A stretch of 64,000 nt of DNA, from IMG/VR virus record IMGVR_UViG_3300008516_000951, positions 3,930 through 67,929 of that record. One strand, 5' to 3'. The position numbers and the translations under genes were made by a program. The DNA is from a virus. The notes under the pieces are model-generated. The model searched no databases. It had not been told where the DNA came from and saw only the letters and a program-made list of their open reading frames with translations. Shown one piece after another: positions 26,501 to 35,663 of the stretch. The first letter of the stretch is position 1. Each line of letters opens with the position of its first letter.

Positions 26501-27327
26501 AAGTGACTCCTAAGTTTTAAAGCGTTGATTTTTTCTTGTTCTGTTATTGTTTTCAAACCGTTGCCCATTGCTTTCTCTATTTTTCTCACGGCCCCCACTA
26601 ATTCATACAGCCCGGCCGGACTTACAGACGCCGCCTGGTCCGAACCGTACATTGCCCTGTCTAAAGTAATGTGCCTTTCTAGACTTGTTATTCCCAAAGC
26701 GGCGGCAGCATAAGAAATAGCCAGCCCGGACTCGTGACCACTGTATCCCACGTCACAGTGATATGTTCTTCGCAAGAGATTTATGCAATTCAAATTAGCA
26801 TCAGCCGGGTCCATCGGATAAACAGAAACACAGTGCATCAATTCAAACGGACAGTTGTGCATACGAAAGATTTTTGTAACTCTTGATATATCTGATAAAT
26901 TACTCATACCGGTAGAAATAAAAGTATGCCTTTTCTCTTCCGATACCTCCCTTAATAATTCTTCCTGTATCAACATAGCAGACGCTATTTTATTATGCTT
27001 CAAATCAAATTGACGAAGAAAGATTTGGCTACTCACGTCCCACGCGGACGCAAACCATTCTATCTTTCTACTTGCACAATGACTGTGTATTTGTTCATAA
27101 TCATCTTGGCCTAATTCAAGACCTTCTTTTTGGGCCCTTTGAGTACTTCCCCAAGGGCTTTCACGGGGTGAATCCAAATACTCTTTGGCATAGACTTTGT
27201 TTACGGTCCTCTTTTGAAATTTCACAGCATCACACCCCGCCCCGACAGCTAAGTCTATCAACTTTTTTGCAATGTCTATATCGCCGTTATGGTTGATTCC
27301 TATCTCTGCAATTACAAAAATGCTCAT
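26497..27327 (-). CDS. neuB: N-acetylneuraminate/nonulosonate synthase, short form without C-terminal AFP/SAF domain
   Basis: IAEIGINHNG, AVKFQ, KIAS, ISTGM, HCVSVYP, GYSGHE, LERHITLDR. Confidence 0.95.
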   Translation of the reverse strand: MSIFVIAEIGINHNGDIDIAKKLIDLAVGAGCDAVKFQKRTVNKVYAKEYLDSPRESPWGSTQRAQKEGLELGQDDYEQIHSHCASRKIEWFASAWDVSSQIFLRQFDLKHNKIASAMLIQEELLREVSEEKRHTFISTGMSNLSDISRVTKIFRMHNCPFELMHCVSVYPMDPADANLNCINLLRRTYHCDVGYSGHESGLAISYAAAALGITSLERHITLDRAMYGSDQAASVSPAGLYELVGAVRKIEKAMGNGLKTITEQEKINALKLRSHL

Positions 27328-28042
27328 AATAATTTCTCCAATTGAAAACAAATTGTTCCTGTAAAAGATTCACATTCACTTTAGGAAGTAAATAGTTTTT
27401 CGGCACTGAAGCAGGGCACAAATTTTTATCGTGAAGAACCCAACACCACATTCTATTCCGTACACCCTCTTTTGATTCGGCTGTTTTGTGCAACAAATTA
27501 TGTTGGGTAAACCAAACGGTTTTAACATTATCAGAGTTCTTTTCAATATAAGAAGGAAACTGGTTATAGAGATATTCCCTCTCCATCAAAACATTGTCCT
27601 GCAAACGGAAAACATAACCAAGGGGAAATACTAATTGAAAGTTGTCTTTCTTTGGCATATCGAATTGAACTCTTTGTATAAAGTCCTTACTTATCATATC
27701 ATCTACATCCATCCTTGTCGTTATGATATAATCAACTTCGGGACGTATAAATCGTTTTACGACTTTCATTGCTAAATCTTGGACTGACGTTGATTTACTA
27801 TAAATAGGTGATATACGACTATACTTTTTAATAATACGACGATATAACATCGGTGTCTTTTCATCGAAAAGAACAATCCACACAAAATTCTGATTTGTTT
27901 GAGAAACTACCGAAGGATACGTGAAATAATCAAACAACCAAAGCCGATAATTCATCCACTCAAGAGCGATATTTTCTTCATATTTATCAAACAAGCCTAA
28001 GTTGAATCTACTTATTATGAAATGTTGAAGACTAATTGCCAT
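27287..28042 (-). CDS. Putative glycosyltransferase (rhamnosyltransferase-like GT-A)
   Basis: HFIISRFN, PSVVSQTNQNF.W, TTRMDVDD. Confidence 0.75.
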   Translation of the reverse strand: MAISLQHFIISRFNLGLFDKYEENIALEWMNYRLWLFDYFTYPSVVSQTNQNFVWIVLFDEKTPMLYRRIIKKYSRISPIYSKSTSVQDLAMKVVKRFIRPEVDYIITTRMDVDDMISKDFIQRVQFDMPKKDNFQLVFPLGYVFRLQDNVLMEREYLYNQFPSYIEKNSDNVKTVWFTQHNLLHKTAESKEGVRNRMWCWVLHDKNLCPASVPKNYLLPKVNVNLLQEQFVFNWRNYYEHFCNCRDRNQP

Positions 28043-28901
28043 TGAAAAATACCCCTAATAAAGTATCGCAACTATTTAGCGACTTTAATTGTTTGATGTA
28101 CAAATCATTTAGTTCATCCGAATGAAGAAAAGACCATTGCTCTTGTCCGTTGGATTTTCCCCTGGCCAACCAGTATAAATGATTAGTCAAAGGATATCTT
28201 TGAACTTGACCTATGTTGTGATGTGATAAACCCGATTGCTTACAAACTTCTCCTAAAGTCATATCGTTATACAAAAACAAATGGCAGCTCCAAAATGTAG
28301 AGTCCATAAAAGCCTTGCACTTATACAAACTAATCAAAGCGTCATTACTATTTGGAGTCTCTATTATAATTCTACCGTTCTTTGTCAACAGACTTTTGAG
28401 TTGTTTAATAATAGACACAGGATTAGGTAAATGCTCTATTACGTGGAACATCGTGATTATGTCAAATCTTGCGGAATTCAATTCGGATATATTTTCGTAG
28501 ATTTCAATGGAATCTCTTTCAAGGCTTTTTGATAACTGTGTTCTTATACGTGCCTCCGGTTCAATGCCTACTGTTCGACCCGCTAATTTATCCACCTTGA
28601 AAAGAAAGTTACAATTACCAGCCCCAAAATCTAATAAACTTTTACCTTTTATAAATGACTTGAATGTCTTGAATCTTCTTTCATCATCTGCCTGAGAGGT
28701 CTTTATCCAATCCGCTAAATCCAAAGACGTTTTACCTTTGTGTATTTTGGATTCTTCGTAGAAATCTTTTGTAATGTGGTCAAACGAAGATAAAAAAACC
28801 AATCCACAATCATCACATCGCAAAACTGACACGTCATCTCTATCCCGCACCCTGTCTGCAATTTGGGTATGCTTTTCACTTCCGCAAAGATAACAATTCA
28901 T
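28032..28901 (-). CDS. SAM-dependent methyltransferase with N-terminal Zn site
   Basis: CYLC...CDDCGLVF, LLDFGAGN, FDIITMFHVIEH, IETPN. Confidence 0.9.
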   Translation of the reverse strand: MNCYLCGSEKHTQIADRVRDRDDVSVLRCDDCGLVFLSSFDHITKDFYEESKIHKGKTSLDLADWIKTSQADDERRFKTFKSFIKGKSLLDFGAGNCNFLFKVDKLAGRTVGIEPEARIRTQLSKSLERDSIEIYENISELNSARFDIITMFHVIEHLPNPVSIIKQLKSLLTKNGRIIIETPNSNDALISLYKCKAFMDSTFWSCHLFLYNDMTLGEVCKQSGLSHHNIGQVQRYPLTNHLYWLARGKSNGQEQWSFLHSDELNDLYIKQLKSLNSCDTLLGVFFNGN

Positions 28902-29970
28902 TTGCTTTTGTCTCCACTTCTTCAAATAAATGCGAACAATAACTTGGGCATCTTCTCCAACCGAAAAGAGTATCCACTTCATCCTGATTTATAATAGGTT
29001 CATTAGATGCTAAAAATGAATCCAACTCTCTCATATCATACACTCTGGGGACGGCCTCATACATAGCATTACCTATCTTCGGTAGCATATTTCTTGTCCA
29101 TTCGTGCTTGTTTTTCAGCCAATAATGCTTGCCCATATACCCTGTGAAATGAGTTACAAGAGAATTACAAGCAACCTTTTTACCAAGATACAAACACTCC
29201 GCCGACATACTGCTGGAGAGATTTACTATAATATGAGATGCTGCTGCAAAAAGAACATATCGGGGCGTCGTACTGTCAACACGATTCCTTATAGGGGACT
29301 CTTTGAAAAACTTAGGAATGGGCCTCCCCGGATGAAGATGGACTACAACCTGAAAACCTCTTTTAACCGCCTGCTTCGTAATATTCTCATACCAAGAAAA
29401 TTCCTTTTCACTAAGAAGGGACGACCCCAAAATAAGTAGTTTATTTCCGTATTTTTGCTTCACCTTTCTTACTTGAATCTTGAAATCATTAGTGTTAAAC
29501 CAATCCCAATCCGGGTCACATCCGTTAATGAAAAATAAATCCTCTGTAAAGGTCTTAAAATGGTCAATAGTTCTTTGTCCCTTAACATACATACCATCTA
29601 AAGTATCTCTTGTCCTGTCCGGTGTGTAATGTGGATTCGACATTTGGTTATATGTTGAAATCGAGTTGTTAATCTTTATGTTAATTTTTCCGTTATTTTT
29701 ACTCTCTATTAAATAATTTTTTTCAAATCGTGAGTATCCTGAAGATTCGGCGAAAACAATGTCAAAGTCCATTTTGTTATCACCAAACTTTCTTTGCAGA
29801 TAAGAAATTTTTGAAGCCCTTATAATGTCCGAAGAATGAGGTCTATCTTTCTGCCAACTCAAATAAGGGTTTATGCCAAGTGCATTCAAGTATTTTATAA
29901 GGGACAATTGTGAATAGAGAGAGGTATATCTCATTGCACAAAAAGAATATCTCAATTCGGGTTTATACAT
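28876..29970 (-). CDS. GT-B transferase, sialyltransferase/TagF-like
   Basis: GCDPDWD, VHLHPG (HP motif), SSSMSAECL pattern typical of CMP/CDP-donor GT-B enzymes. Confidence 0.55.
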   Translation of the reverse strand: MYKPELRYSFCAMRYTSLYSQLSLIKYLNALGINPYLSWQKDRPHSSDIIRASKISYLQRKFGDNKMDFDIVFAESSGYSRFEKNYLIESKNNGKINIKINNSISTYNQMSNPHYTPDRTRDTLDGMYVKGQRTIDHFKTFTEDLFFINGCDPDWDWFNTNDFKIQVRKVKQKYGNKLLILGSSLLSEKEFSWYENITKQAVKRGFQVVVHLHPGRPIPKFFKESPIRNRVDSTTPRYVLFAAASHIIVNLSSSMSAECLYLGKKVACNSLVTHFTGYMGKHYWLKNKHEWTRNMLPKIGNAMYEAVPRVYDMRELDSFLASNEPIINQDEVDTLFGWRRCPSYCSHLFEEVETKANELLSLRK

Positions 29971-30544
29971 TCTCCAATCCTTCTCTTATTTTTGTGATAG
30001 CCACCTTAGTTGTATTTAACCAAACTTGAGTACCTATGGGGGACTTACAAATAAAGCCGGTCAAACCTATGGACTTCAAAAATGCAACAACTTTATGCCC
30101 TTTGACTCTCGTGGTGTGAGGGTTTATCTCTCCGTTCATAGTCACACCGGCATCATCCACTATCAATATGCCGTTTGGAACCATTTTAGTAATGGCCAGT
30201 CTAAACTCCTCAAATATAAAATCCTTGTCATTAGACGTATCCAAAAAGATAAGATGATATTTATCTTTTGTTTGTCTAAGATAGCTAATGGAATCACCCA
30301 ATACCCATTTAACATTTGAACTATTTTGACAAACCCTTTTACTTTCTTTTATGCAATCCTCGCTTTTATCCACCGAAACTAAAAAACCACTATCGCCAAG
30401 CGTCTCTGATATATGAAGAGTGTTATTATGATTGTCGGAGAAGCGTCTTATTGTCCCTGTCTCCAAACAATTCAAAAGCCTATGGGGAAATCGTTTCTTT
30501 AGTTCTTTCACTGCCTTAATCAGATTTATTTGAAATGTTTGCAT
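29963..30544 (-). CDS. Methyltransferase (Methyltransf_24-like)
   Basis: LETGTIR, SVD, GDSISYL, IFLD, GILIVDD. Confidence 0.8.
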   Translation of the reverse strand: MQTFQINLIKAVKELKKRFPHRLLNCLETGTIRRFSDNHNNTLHISETLGDSGFLVSVDKSEDCIKESKRVCQNSSNVKWVLGDSISYLRQTKDKYHLIFLDTSNDKDFIFEEFRLAITKMVPNGILIVDDAGVTMNGEINPHTTRVKGHKVVAFLKSIGLTGFICKSPIGTQVWLNTTKVAITKIREGLENV

Positions 30545-31380
30545 TTCATTATTCCTTTCACCGATTCAGGATGAATGCCTGTAAACCGTTTTGTTTTTGA
30601 TTTTCTATCACAAGGAATTATTCTATATTTACTTTCTATTGACGTCCGGTTTTTAGGTGTCCATTTCAGAAAACAATTTTTATACCAATCATTTAAGTCC
30701 AACTTCCAAGGTTTTTCCCACCCATAATTTTTATACAATGCAACTTTTTGTTTAACTTGCTCTGATGTTATGTAGCTATAATGGTAACAATAAATACCCT
30801 TAGCTTTTAAGAAATCTGCTCTCATTATTTTTATATCTTGGGCAAATCTCCCAAATTTCTTAATCAGCAAAGAAGGCGGCCTGTGCGTCGTAAAATGACA
30901 AGGATGGACTATCTTAAAAATACGTTGTATTTCGTTGCGGGGCTTCTCTTTTGAATCCAAAATGTAATCGCACCCCTTCCAAAAATGAATTATAGGAATA
31001 GTCACTTGGTACACATTCGGCCTATTTCTAAGTATATTAAAAATACGAATTATCTCATCCTTTTTATACACTTCATCAGAATCAACAAGCCATACGTAAT
31101 TACCTTTCACAAACTCCATTGCTTTATTTTGCATCGCACACTTATCGTACCACCTGCCTTGAATCAATCTTATCTTTTTGTTAGAATCCGGGAATTTTTT
31201 GATGAATTGAACAGTCCCATCTTTAGAGCTTCCATTGAGATTCGCGGCAAACATACATTTCCTCTCGGCCCCTTCCACTATAATTATTTCGTAGGCAGCT
31301 TTGTAAATGCTCTTCAAAACAGCCTCTATATAAGGCAGTCCGTTTAATACAATCATAATAAAAGACATCTTTATCTTCAT
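30526..31380 (-). CDS. GT2-family glycosyltransferase
   Basis: IVLNG, IIIVEG, SKDGT, WLVDSDE, HYSY. Confidence 0.85.
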   Translation of the reverse strand: MKIKMSFIMIVLNGLPYIEAVLKSIYKAAYEIIIVEGAERKCMFAANLNGSSKDGTVQFIKKFPDSNKKIRLIQGRWYDKCAMQNKAMEFVKGNYVWLVDSDEVYKKDEIIRIFNILRNRPNVYQVTIPIIHFWKGCDYILDSKEKPRNEIQRIFKIVHPCHFTTHRPPSLLIKKFGRFAQDIKIMRADFLKAKGIYCYHYSYITSEQVKQKVALYKNYGWEKPWKLDLNDWYKNCFLKWTPKNRTSIESKYRIIPCDRKSKTKRFTGIHPESVKGIMKCKHFK

Positions 31381-32294
31381 TAAATATATTCCCAATCAAA
31401 AGAATCTCTATCAAAAGACCACACTATGTTGGTATTCCCATACATCCTTTTTACAGTTTTCAAATCTTTCCTTTTCGGAAGATGATGAGTAAATCCCCAT
31501 TTTTGTCGAAAGCAGTTGTGAACTTTTCCTGCCTTCTTTGATATAATATGAGCAGCCCTTGTCCCTGCAATTCTACAATGAGTATAAACGATATTTGGAA
31601 TCCATATATTCCATAGTCCTTTTCTCATTGCGGATAGTCCCCAATCCTCGTCCACAAGCAAAGATACTTCGCTCCAATCTTCGCACAAATCAAACTTGCT
31701 GGATTCTATCGCTATAAAATGAGAAAAAGGTGCGTGGCATATAACGGGCTTCTCAGGAAAGTCATAATTCAAACCCCGATAACTTCCCCTCTTTAACCAT
31801 CCTTCGCCAAGTAAGTGAAACTGAAACATTTGTCTTTTAGACCAGGCATTACCTTCTAAAAAATCACGATGATAGCCGGGCCTTGTAGATGGGGCCCAGT
31901 TCCCATTCAAATAGTCATCATCTGTAAAACTCACCCATCCTATATCTCGCATCGGCTTTACTGTTTTCTCCAAGGTGGGTATAAAGTTTTGAGTTTTCAA
32001 ATCTATATCATCGTGGGCCACTATAAACCACTTTGATGTCTTGCCATATCTTTGAAAAGTGTTATTAGTAAAACTTGCAAAAGAATCACAACAATTTCTT
32101 ATAATTACAACGTTATAACTTTTGAATTTACAAAGTGTATGGAGAATAGGTTTATCAATATACGGAGCTACCCCTATCACCAACAAATAATCGAGAGTCC
32201 CTATATTTCTCAAAATTGACGACACGCTTCGCTCAACCAAAAAATTCGTTGACTTGTGACTGCCGACTAACATACTAATTACTACGGACGACAT
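31380..32294 (-). CDS. GT2-like glycosyltransferase
   Basis: IVAHDDI, DEDWG, YTH, FRQKWG. Confidence 0.75.
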   Translation of the reverse strand: MSSVVISMLVGSHKSTNFLVERSVSSILRNIGTLDYLLVIGVAPYIDKPILHTLCKFKSYNVVIIRNCCDSFASFTNNTFQRYGKTSKWFIVAHDDIDLKTQNFIPTLEKTVKPMRDIGWVSFTDDDYLNGNWAPSTRPGYHRDFLEGNAWSKRQMFQFHLLGEGWLKRGSYRGLNYDFPEKPVICHAPFSHFIAIESSKFDLCEDWSEVSLLVDEDWGLSAMRKGLWNIWIPNIVYTHCRIAGTRAAHIISKKAGKVHNCFRQKWGFTHHLPKRKDLKTVKRMYGNTNIVWSFDRDSFDWEYI

Positions 32295-33058
32295 CGTATA
32301 AGTTCTCCTTTTTCTGTCAATTCCCAGGGAGCATTTGTAATAAACCCGCTATGCACATTACTGTCCTTATCGGCAATCTTTCTATTTTGAATTGCTTCGG
32401 GCCCTTTCTGAATTGCAATACCACCATCCGCTTTTTTATAATTGTGGGTTTGATGCACTACAAAAATGGCCTTTGTTGCATTCACAACCTTATGGCCTTT
32501 CTTTATCGCTTGAAATACCAACCAGTTATCCCAAGCCACTCTACCTATAACCAAAGGTGGAATCTCCATCCAGTCTAATCTTCTAAATACAAAGTAATCA
32601 ATTCCAGTGTGGTTATGTATTGAGCCCTTTCTAATAACCTTCTTTCTCAATCTCATTTCCCAATTTTTTCTATCGAAGTTTATCAAATCAGACACTTCCA
32701 AATTGTGCCTCCGTCCTATCAAAAGAAAATGCTCGGTTGTTTCATATTTCAAAGCAGTTTCACTAAGGCTGTCCGTCAAAATAACATCGGCATTGACATA
32801 GACATTTATAGGATGACTCGCCATTTTTTGGGCCTTGTTGAATATATCACTGCAATAAGGCGTCCCATACGAATTTGTTTTCACATCTGGAATATGTTTT
32901 AGATATAATTTCTTGCAAATTTGGGCGGTTCCGGGCTCATTGCCTATCAAAATGATTTCCGGTCTGCATTTCAATTTCGTCCAACTCATTATAGCATTCG
33001 TCTGGATAATCCCGATATGCCCTGCAAAGGGCTTCGGCGTAGTAAATATCGTCAACAC
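32282..33058 (-). CDS. Putative glycosyltransferase (GT-A)
   Basis: FTTPKPF, QTNAIMSW, YVNADVIL, GIDYFVF, GRVAWDNW, HQTH. Confidence 0.75.
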   Translation of the reverse strand: MLTIFTTPKPFAGHIGIIQTNAIMSWTKLKCRPEIILIGNEPGTAQICKKLYLKHIPDVKTNSYGTPYCSDIFNKAQKMASHPINVYVNADVILTDSLSETALKYETTEHFLLIGRRHNLEVSDLINFDRKNWEMRLRKKVIRKGSIHNHTGIDYFVFRRLDWMEIPPLVIGRVAWDNWLVFQAIKKGHKVVNATKAIFVVHQTHNYKKADGGIAIQKGPEAIQNRKIADKDSNVHSGFITNAPWELTEKGELIRCRP

Positions 33059-33561
33059 GGGATTCTCTCCAAAAAATCAAGTGTATGCTTATTACTCAAC
33101 ACCGTCGTCCAAGGCTCGGCGAATATATAATCATAACGATGTTCAAATAAATCAAATACCTCCTCATACTCATAATCTTTAACATTCGCATCGTGAACAA
33201 CCATATATTCGGCCCTATTTTTCAATAACCTAATATCTTCTTTCCTTCTTAAAGTAGGTCCGTGGTCTATAAAAATAACACCCCAATTTTGCCTTATCGA
33301 CTTTGTAAATCTATCCCAGTCCCTAACATATCGAAAGGTATGATTATCATTTTGAAGATACAAGAATTGGTTTAACCACATCCAACAATTATCGAGAGAC
33401 AATAACTGCCGCTTTTTCACAAGGGCTATCTCGTGCAAAAGTGGCGTACTATAAAAACCACATCCATACTCCAATATCGGCCCGACGGTGTGTAAAGCTA
33501 CCGCAGCCAGCATCGGAATATGAGAAGCCTTGGTTAGCATCGTATCTTTATCCATACCCAT
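33052..33561 (-). CDS. Small SAM-dependent methyltransferase-like protein
   Basis: ILEYGCGFYST, VIFIDH, VVHD. Confidence 0.7.
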   Translation of the reverse strand: MGMDKDTMLTKASHIPMLAAVALHTVGPILEYGCGFYSTPLLHEIALVKKRQLLSLDNCWMWLNQFLYLQNDNHTFRYVRDWDRFTKSIRQNWGVIFIDHGPTLRRKEDIRLLKNRAEYMVVHDANVKDYEYEEVFDLFEHRYDYIFAEPWTTVLSNKHTLDFLERIPC

Positions 33562-33563
33562 AA

Positions 33564-34226
33564 CTATCCTTTTCGTAATAACGATTTCCGTGAACAATAC
33601 AAAGAACCGTCGCCTTGACCTAAAACAAAATTGCGTCTGTACAAAGCATCTTTATTATTTGTACCACCTTCTCCTTTCCAAACGTGCCTTACAATTATCT
33701 GAGGAATATAGACAACTTTTTTCATTCTATAAACCACGTCTCTAAATTCATTGTCGGCCCCAAAGCTCTTATATATGGGGTTATAAATATAGCCAAACTT
33801 TTCGTACAGCTTTTTACCCATAACAGACAAGGCTATATTGCCCTGAAATCTGCCCACATTGAAATGCAAAGCCCCATCCAAATTAGGAAAGTATTCTTTC
33901 ATTGCTTTGACTATTACTTCGTCAAAAGATTTGACAATGGGAATCATATCATCTGAAACAAGAAAAAGAATATCGAAATTCTCATCTTTCATATCGGCAT
34001 TCACTGCTTCTATTTTTGTTTTATGAGTGCCGTATTTGTAAACCAAATTGGGAAAGCCTTTCATAAAGTTTTTCATCGCAGGATTGTTCATAGTTTTATC
34101 GTCAGCATTCAAAGTAATCAAAAAACGATGTTGGCCGATATTTCTAATCATAGCGTAATACTTTTGTAAGGTCTGCTTAAACCAAATCGGCCTGCTTCTC
34201 GACGGATACTTGAAAAGAATATTCAC
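33564..34226 (-). CDS. GT2-like glycosyltransferase
   Basis: PSRSRP, KIEAVN, LVSDDMIP, ADNEF, VRH. Confidence 0.8.
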   Translation of the reverse strand: MNILFKYPSRSRPIWFKQTLQKYYAMIRNIGQHRFLITLNADDKTMNNPAMKNFMKGFPNLVYKYGTHKTKIEAVNADMKDENFDILFLVSDDMIPIVKSFDEVIVKAMKEYFPNLDGALHFNVGRFQGNIALSVMGKKLYEKFGYIYNPIYKSFGADNEFRDVVYRMKKVVYIPQIIVRHVWKGEGGTNNKDALYRRNFVLGQGDGSLYCSRKSLLRKG

Positions 34227-34870
34227 ACATCTCCAAGTGGAATATAAGGTATAAATTCATTGAGCCTGCTAATGGACGAGCGGGAAATCACTTTAATATC
34301 CGTTTTGCTTTTTAGAATGTTCAAAGCAAATTCAAAATTTAGAAAGAATCGTTCAAATGTTGAATCACCTATACGCCTGCCTTTGTATTTGTCGTGATAA
34401 TGACACCTACCTTCATTAAGAGTTAAGTCTATTCCTAACAAGTGAATCTTTTTGTAACCCAACAATACGGCCAATTGCAAGGCACAAAAACCACTGTTCC
34501 ATCCTCTACGAAAATCGTTCCAAGAAAAACCAATCCCTTCCAATCCAGGACTCTTAATTATCACATCTACACAAGACAAATCATATACAAAGCCCGAACG
34601 ATGTATTAGCTGCCCTCTATTCCATTTCATCACCGGATGGTCTAAACTGAGAATCATCACCCACGTTGTTTTTACATCCTCAAAATGACCCTCCTGCACC
34701 TTGCGAAAAATATCCGAATCACCTGTAATACAAAAAGTCGGATTGGGCACATCCAAAGCAGACATATTGACTGCTATCGTATCTTTGTCTCGTAGTTTAT
34801 TGAATCGAAAGTCTTTGAGGCTATTTCCACCGCCAACAATGAAGACCTCATCCCTTCGCACCGCTTTCAT
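34223..34870 (-). CDS. DUF115/Maf-like (GT29/GT42-fold) transferase
   Basis: FIVGGGNSL, IAVN, NSGFCALQLAVLLGYKKIHLLGID, HYH. Confidence 0.7.
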   Translation of the reverse strand: MKAVRRDEVFIVGGGNSLKDFRFNKLRDKDTIAVNMSALDVPNPTFCITGDSDIFRKVQEGHFEDVKTTWVMILSLDHPVMKWNRGQLIHRSGFVYDLSCVDVIIKSPGLEGIGFSWNDFRRGWNSGFCALQLAVLLGYKKIHLLGIDLTLNEGRCHYHDKYKGRRIGDSTFERFFLNFEFALNILKSKTDIKVISRSSISRLNEFIPYIPLGDV

Positions 34871-35003
34871 TTTTGTCCTTTCCAATTATCAATTCTCTCA
34901 CCTTATCTTTGAGTTCATCAATCTCGTCTCTTAGTTTCTTAATCTCTTTTTTCAATTTTTGGTTCTCTAAAACAAATGGACACTTTCCAGAGTTATTTTT
35001 CAT
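34848..35003 (-). CDS. Small coiled-coil protein (51 aa)
   Basis: MKNNSGKCPFVLENQKLKKEIKKLRDEIDELKDKVREL... fills the gap. Below the ORF-track cutoff. Confidence 0.5.
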   Translation of the reverse strand: MKNNSGKCPFVLENQKLKKEIKKLRDEIDELKDKVRELIIGKDKNESGAKG

Positions 35004-35017
35004 TTATATCTCATAAA

Positions 35018-35425
35018 TTAAGCATCGTACTCATAACCCCACAAGTCCATTATACAAGTCGCCGCACCCGTAGTTTCTTGTGTAGTGATTTCACAACCAA
35101 ATTCCTCAGCAGCATCTAAAACTAAAGCGGCTACCGGAGTCGCATTTGGAATAGGCTGCATAATTAAAGCCTCATCTGCAAATCCCGCTCCAACATTTGT
35201 AAGCGTTTGGTCGCCGAGAAACTCATCACAAGAACCACCTGTTTTACCGAGCGTCACAACAGACTCATCTACCGCCTCATCAAAAGTCCTCGCCACCACT
35301 AATAATGGAATGGCTTTCTTCCCCGTAGGCACTGTGTACATACCCACTTCTGTACCTGCCACCGCCGCTAAATCTATCGTTTCACTACCTAACAAACTCA
35401 AAACTTTTTCTTTGGCTCTGGCCAT
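35018..35425 (-). CDS. Probable virion protein (beta-rich, acidic)
   Basis: RBS GAAAGGA, follows tail fibre genes. Confidence 0.6.
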   Translation of the reverse strand: MARAKEKVLSLLGSETIDLAAVAGTEVGMYTVPTGKKAIPLLVVARTFDEAVDESVVTLGKTGGSCDEFLGDQTLTNVGAGFADEALIMQPIPNATPVAALVLDAAEEFGCEITTQETTGAATCIMDLWGYEYDA

Positions 35426-35437
35426 TTTACAATCCTT

Positions 35438-35650
35438 TCAAATATATAGTAGTACATTGCCGTCATAAGTTAAAACTTCTGAACCATCAATACGACCGGA
35501 CGTATTATCATCCCATACCAAAGGATTACTGGCTTCGGCCATAAGTTTATCCATATCAATAAGCATTCCATTCATAACCGCATCCCATTCGTCCGAACCC
35601 TGTTCCAATAGGGGAAAAGCATAGTTGTCCGTATAAGAAATCGCCATCAA
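35438..35650 (-). CDS. Small tail-associated protein
   Basis: YTDNYAFPLLEQGSDEW...N resembles fibre N-terminal anchor segments. Confidence 0.5.
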   Translation of the reverse strand: MMAISYTDNYAFPLLEQGSDEWDAVMNGMLIDMDKLMAEASNPLVWDDNTSGRIDGSEVLTYDGNVLLYI

Positions 35651-35663
35651 ATCATCCTTTCAA

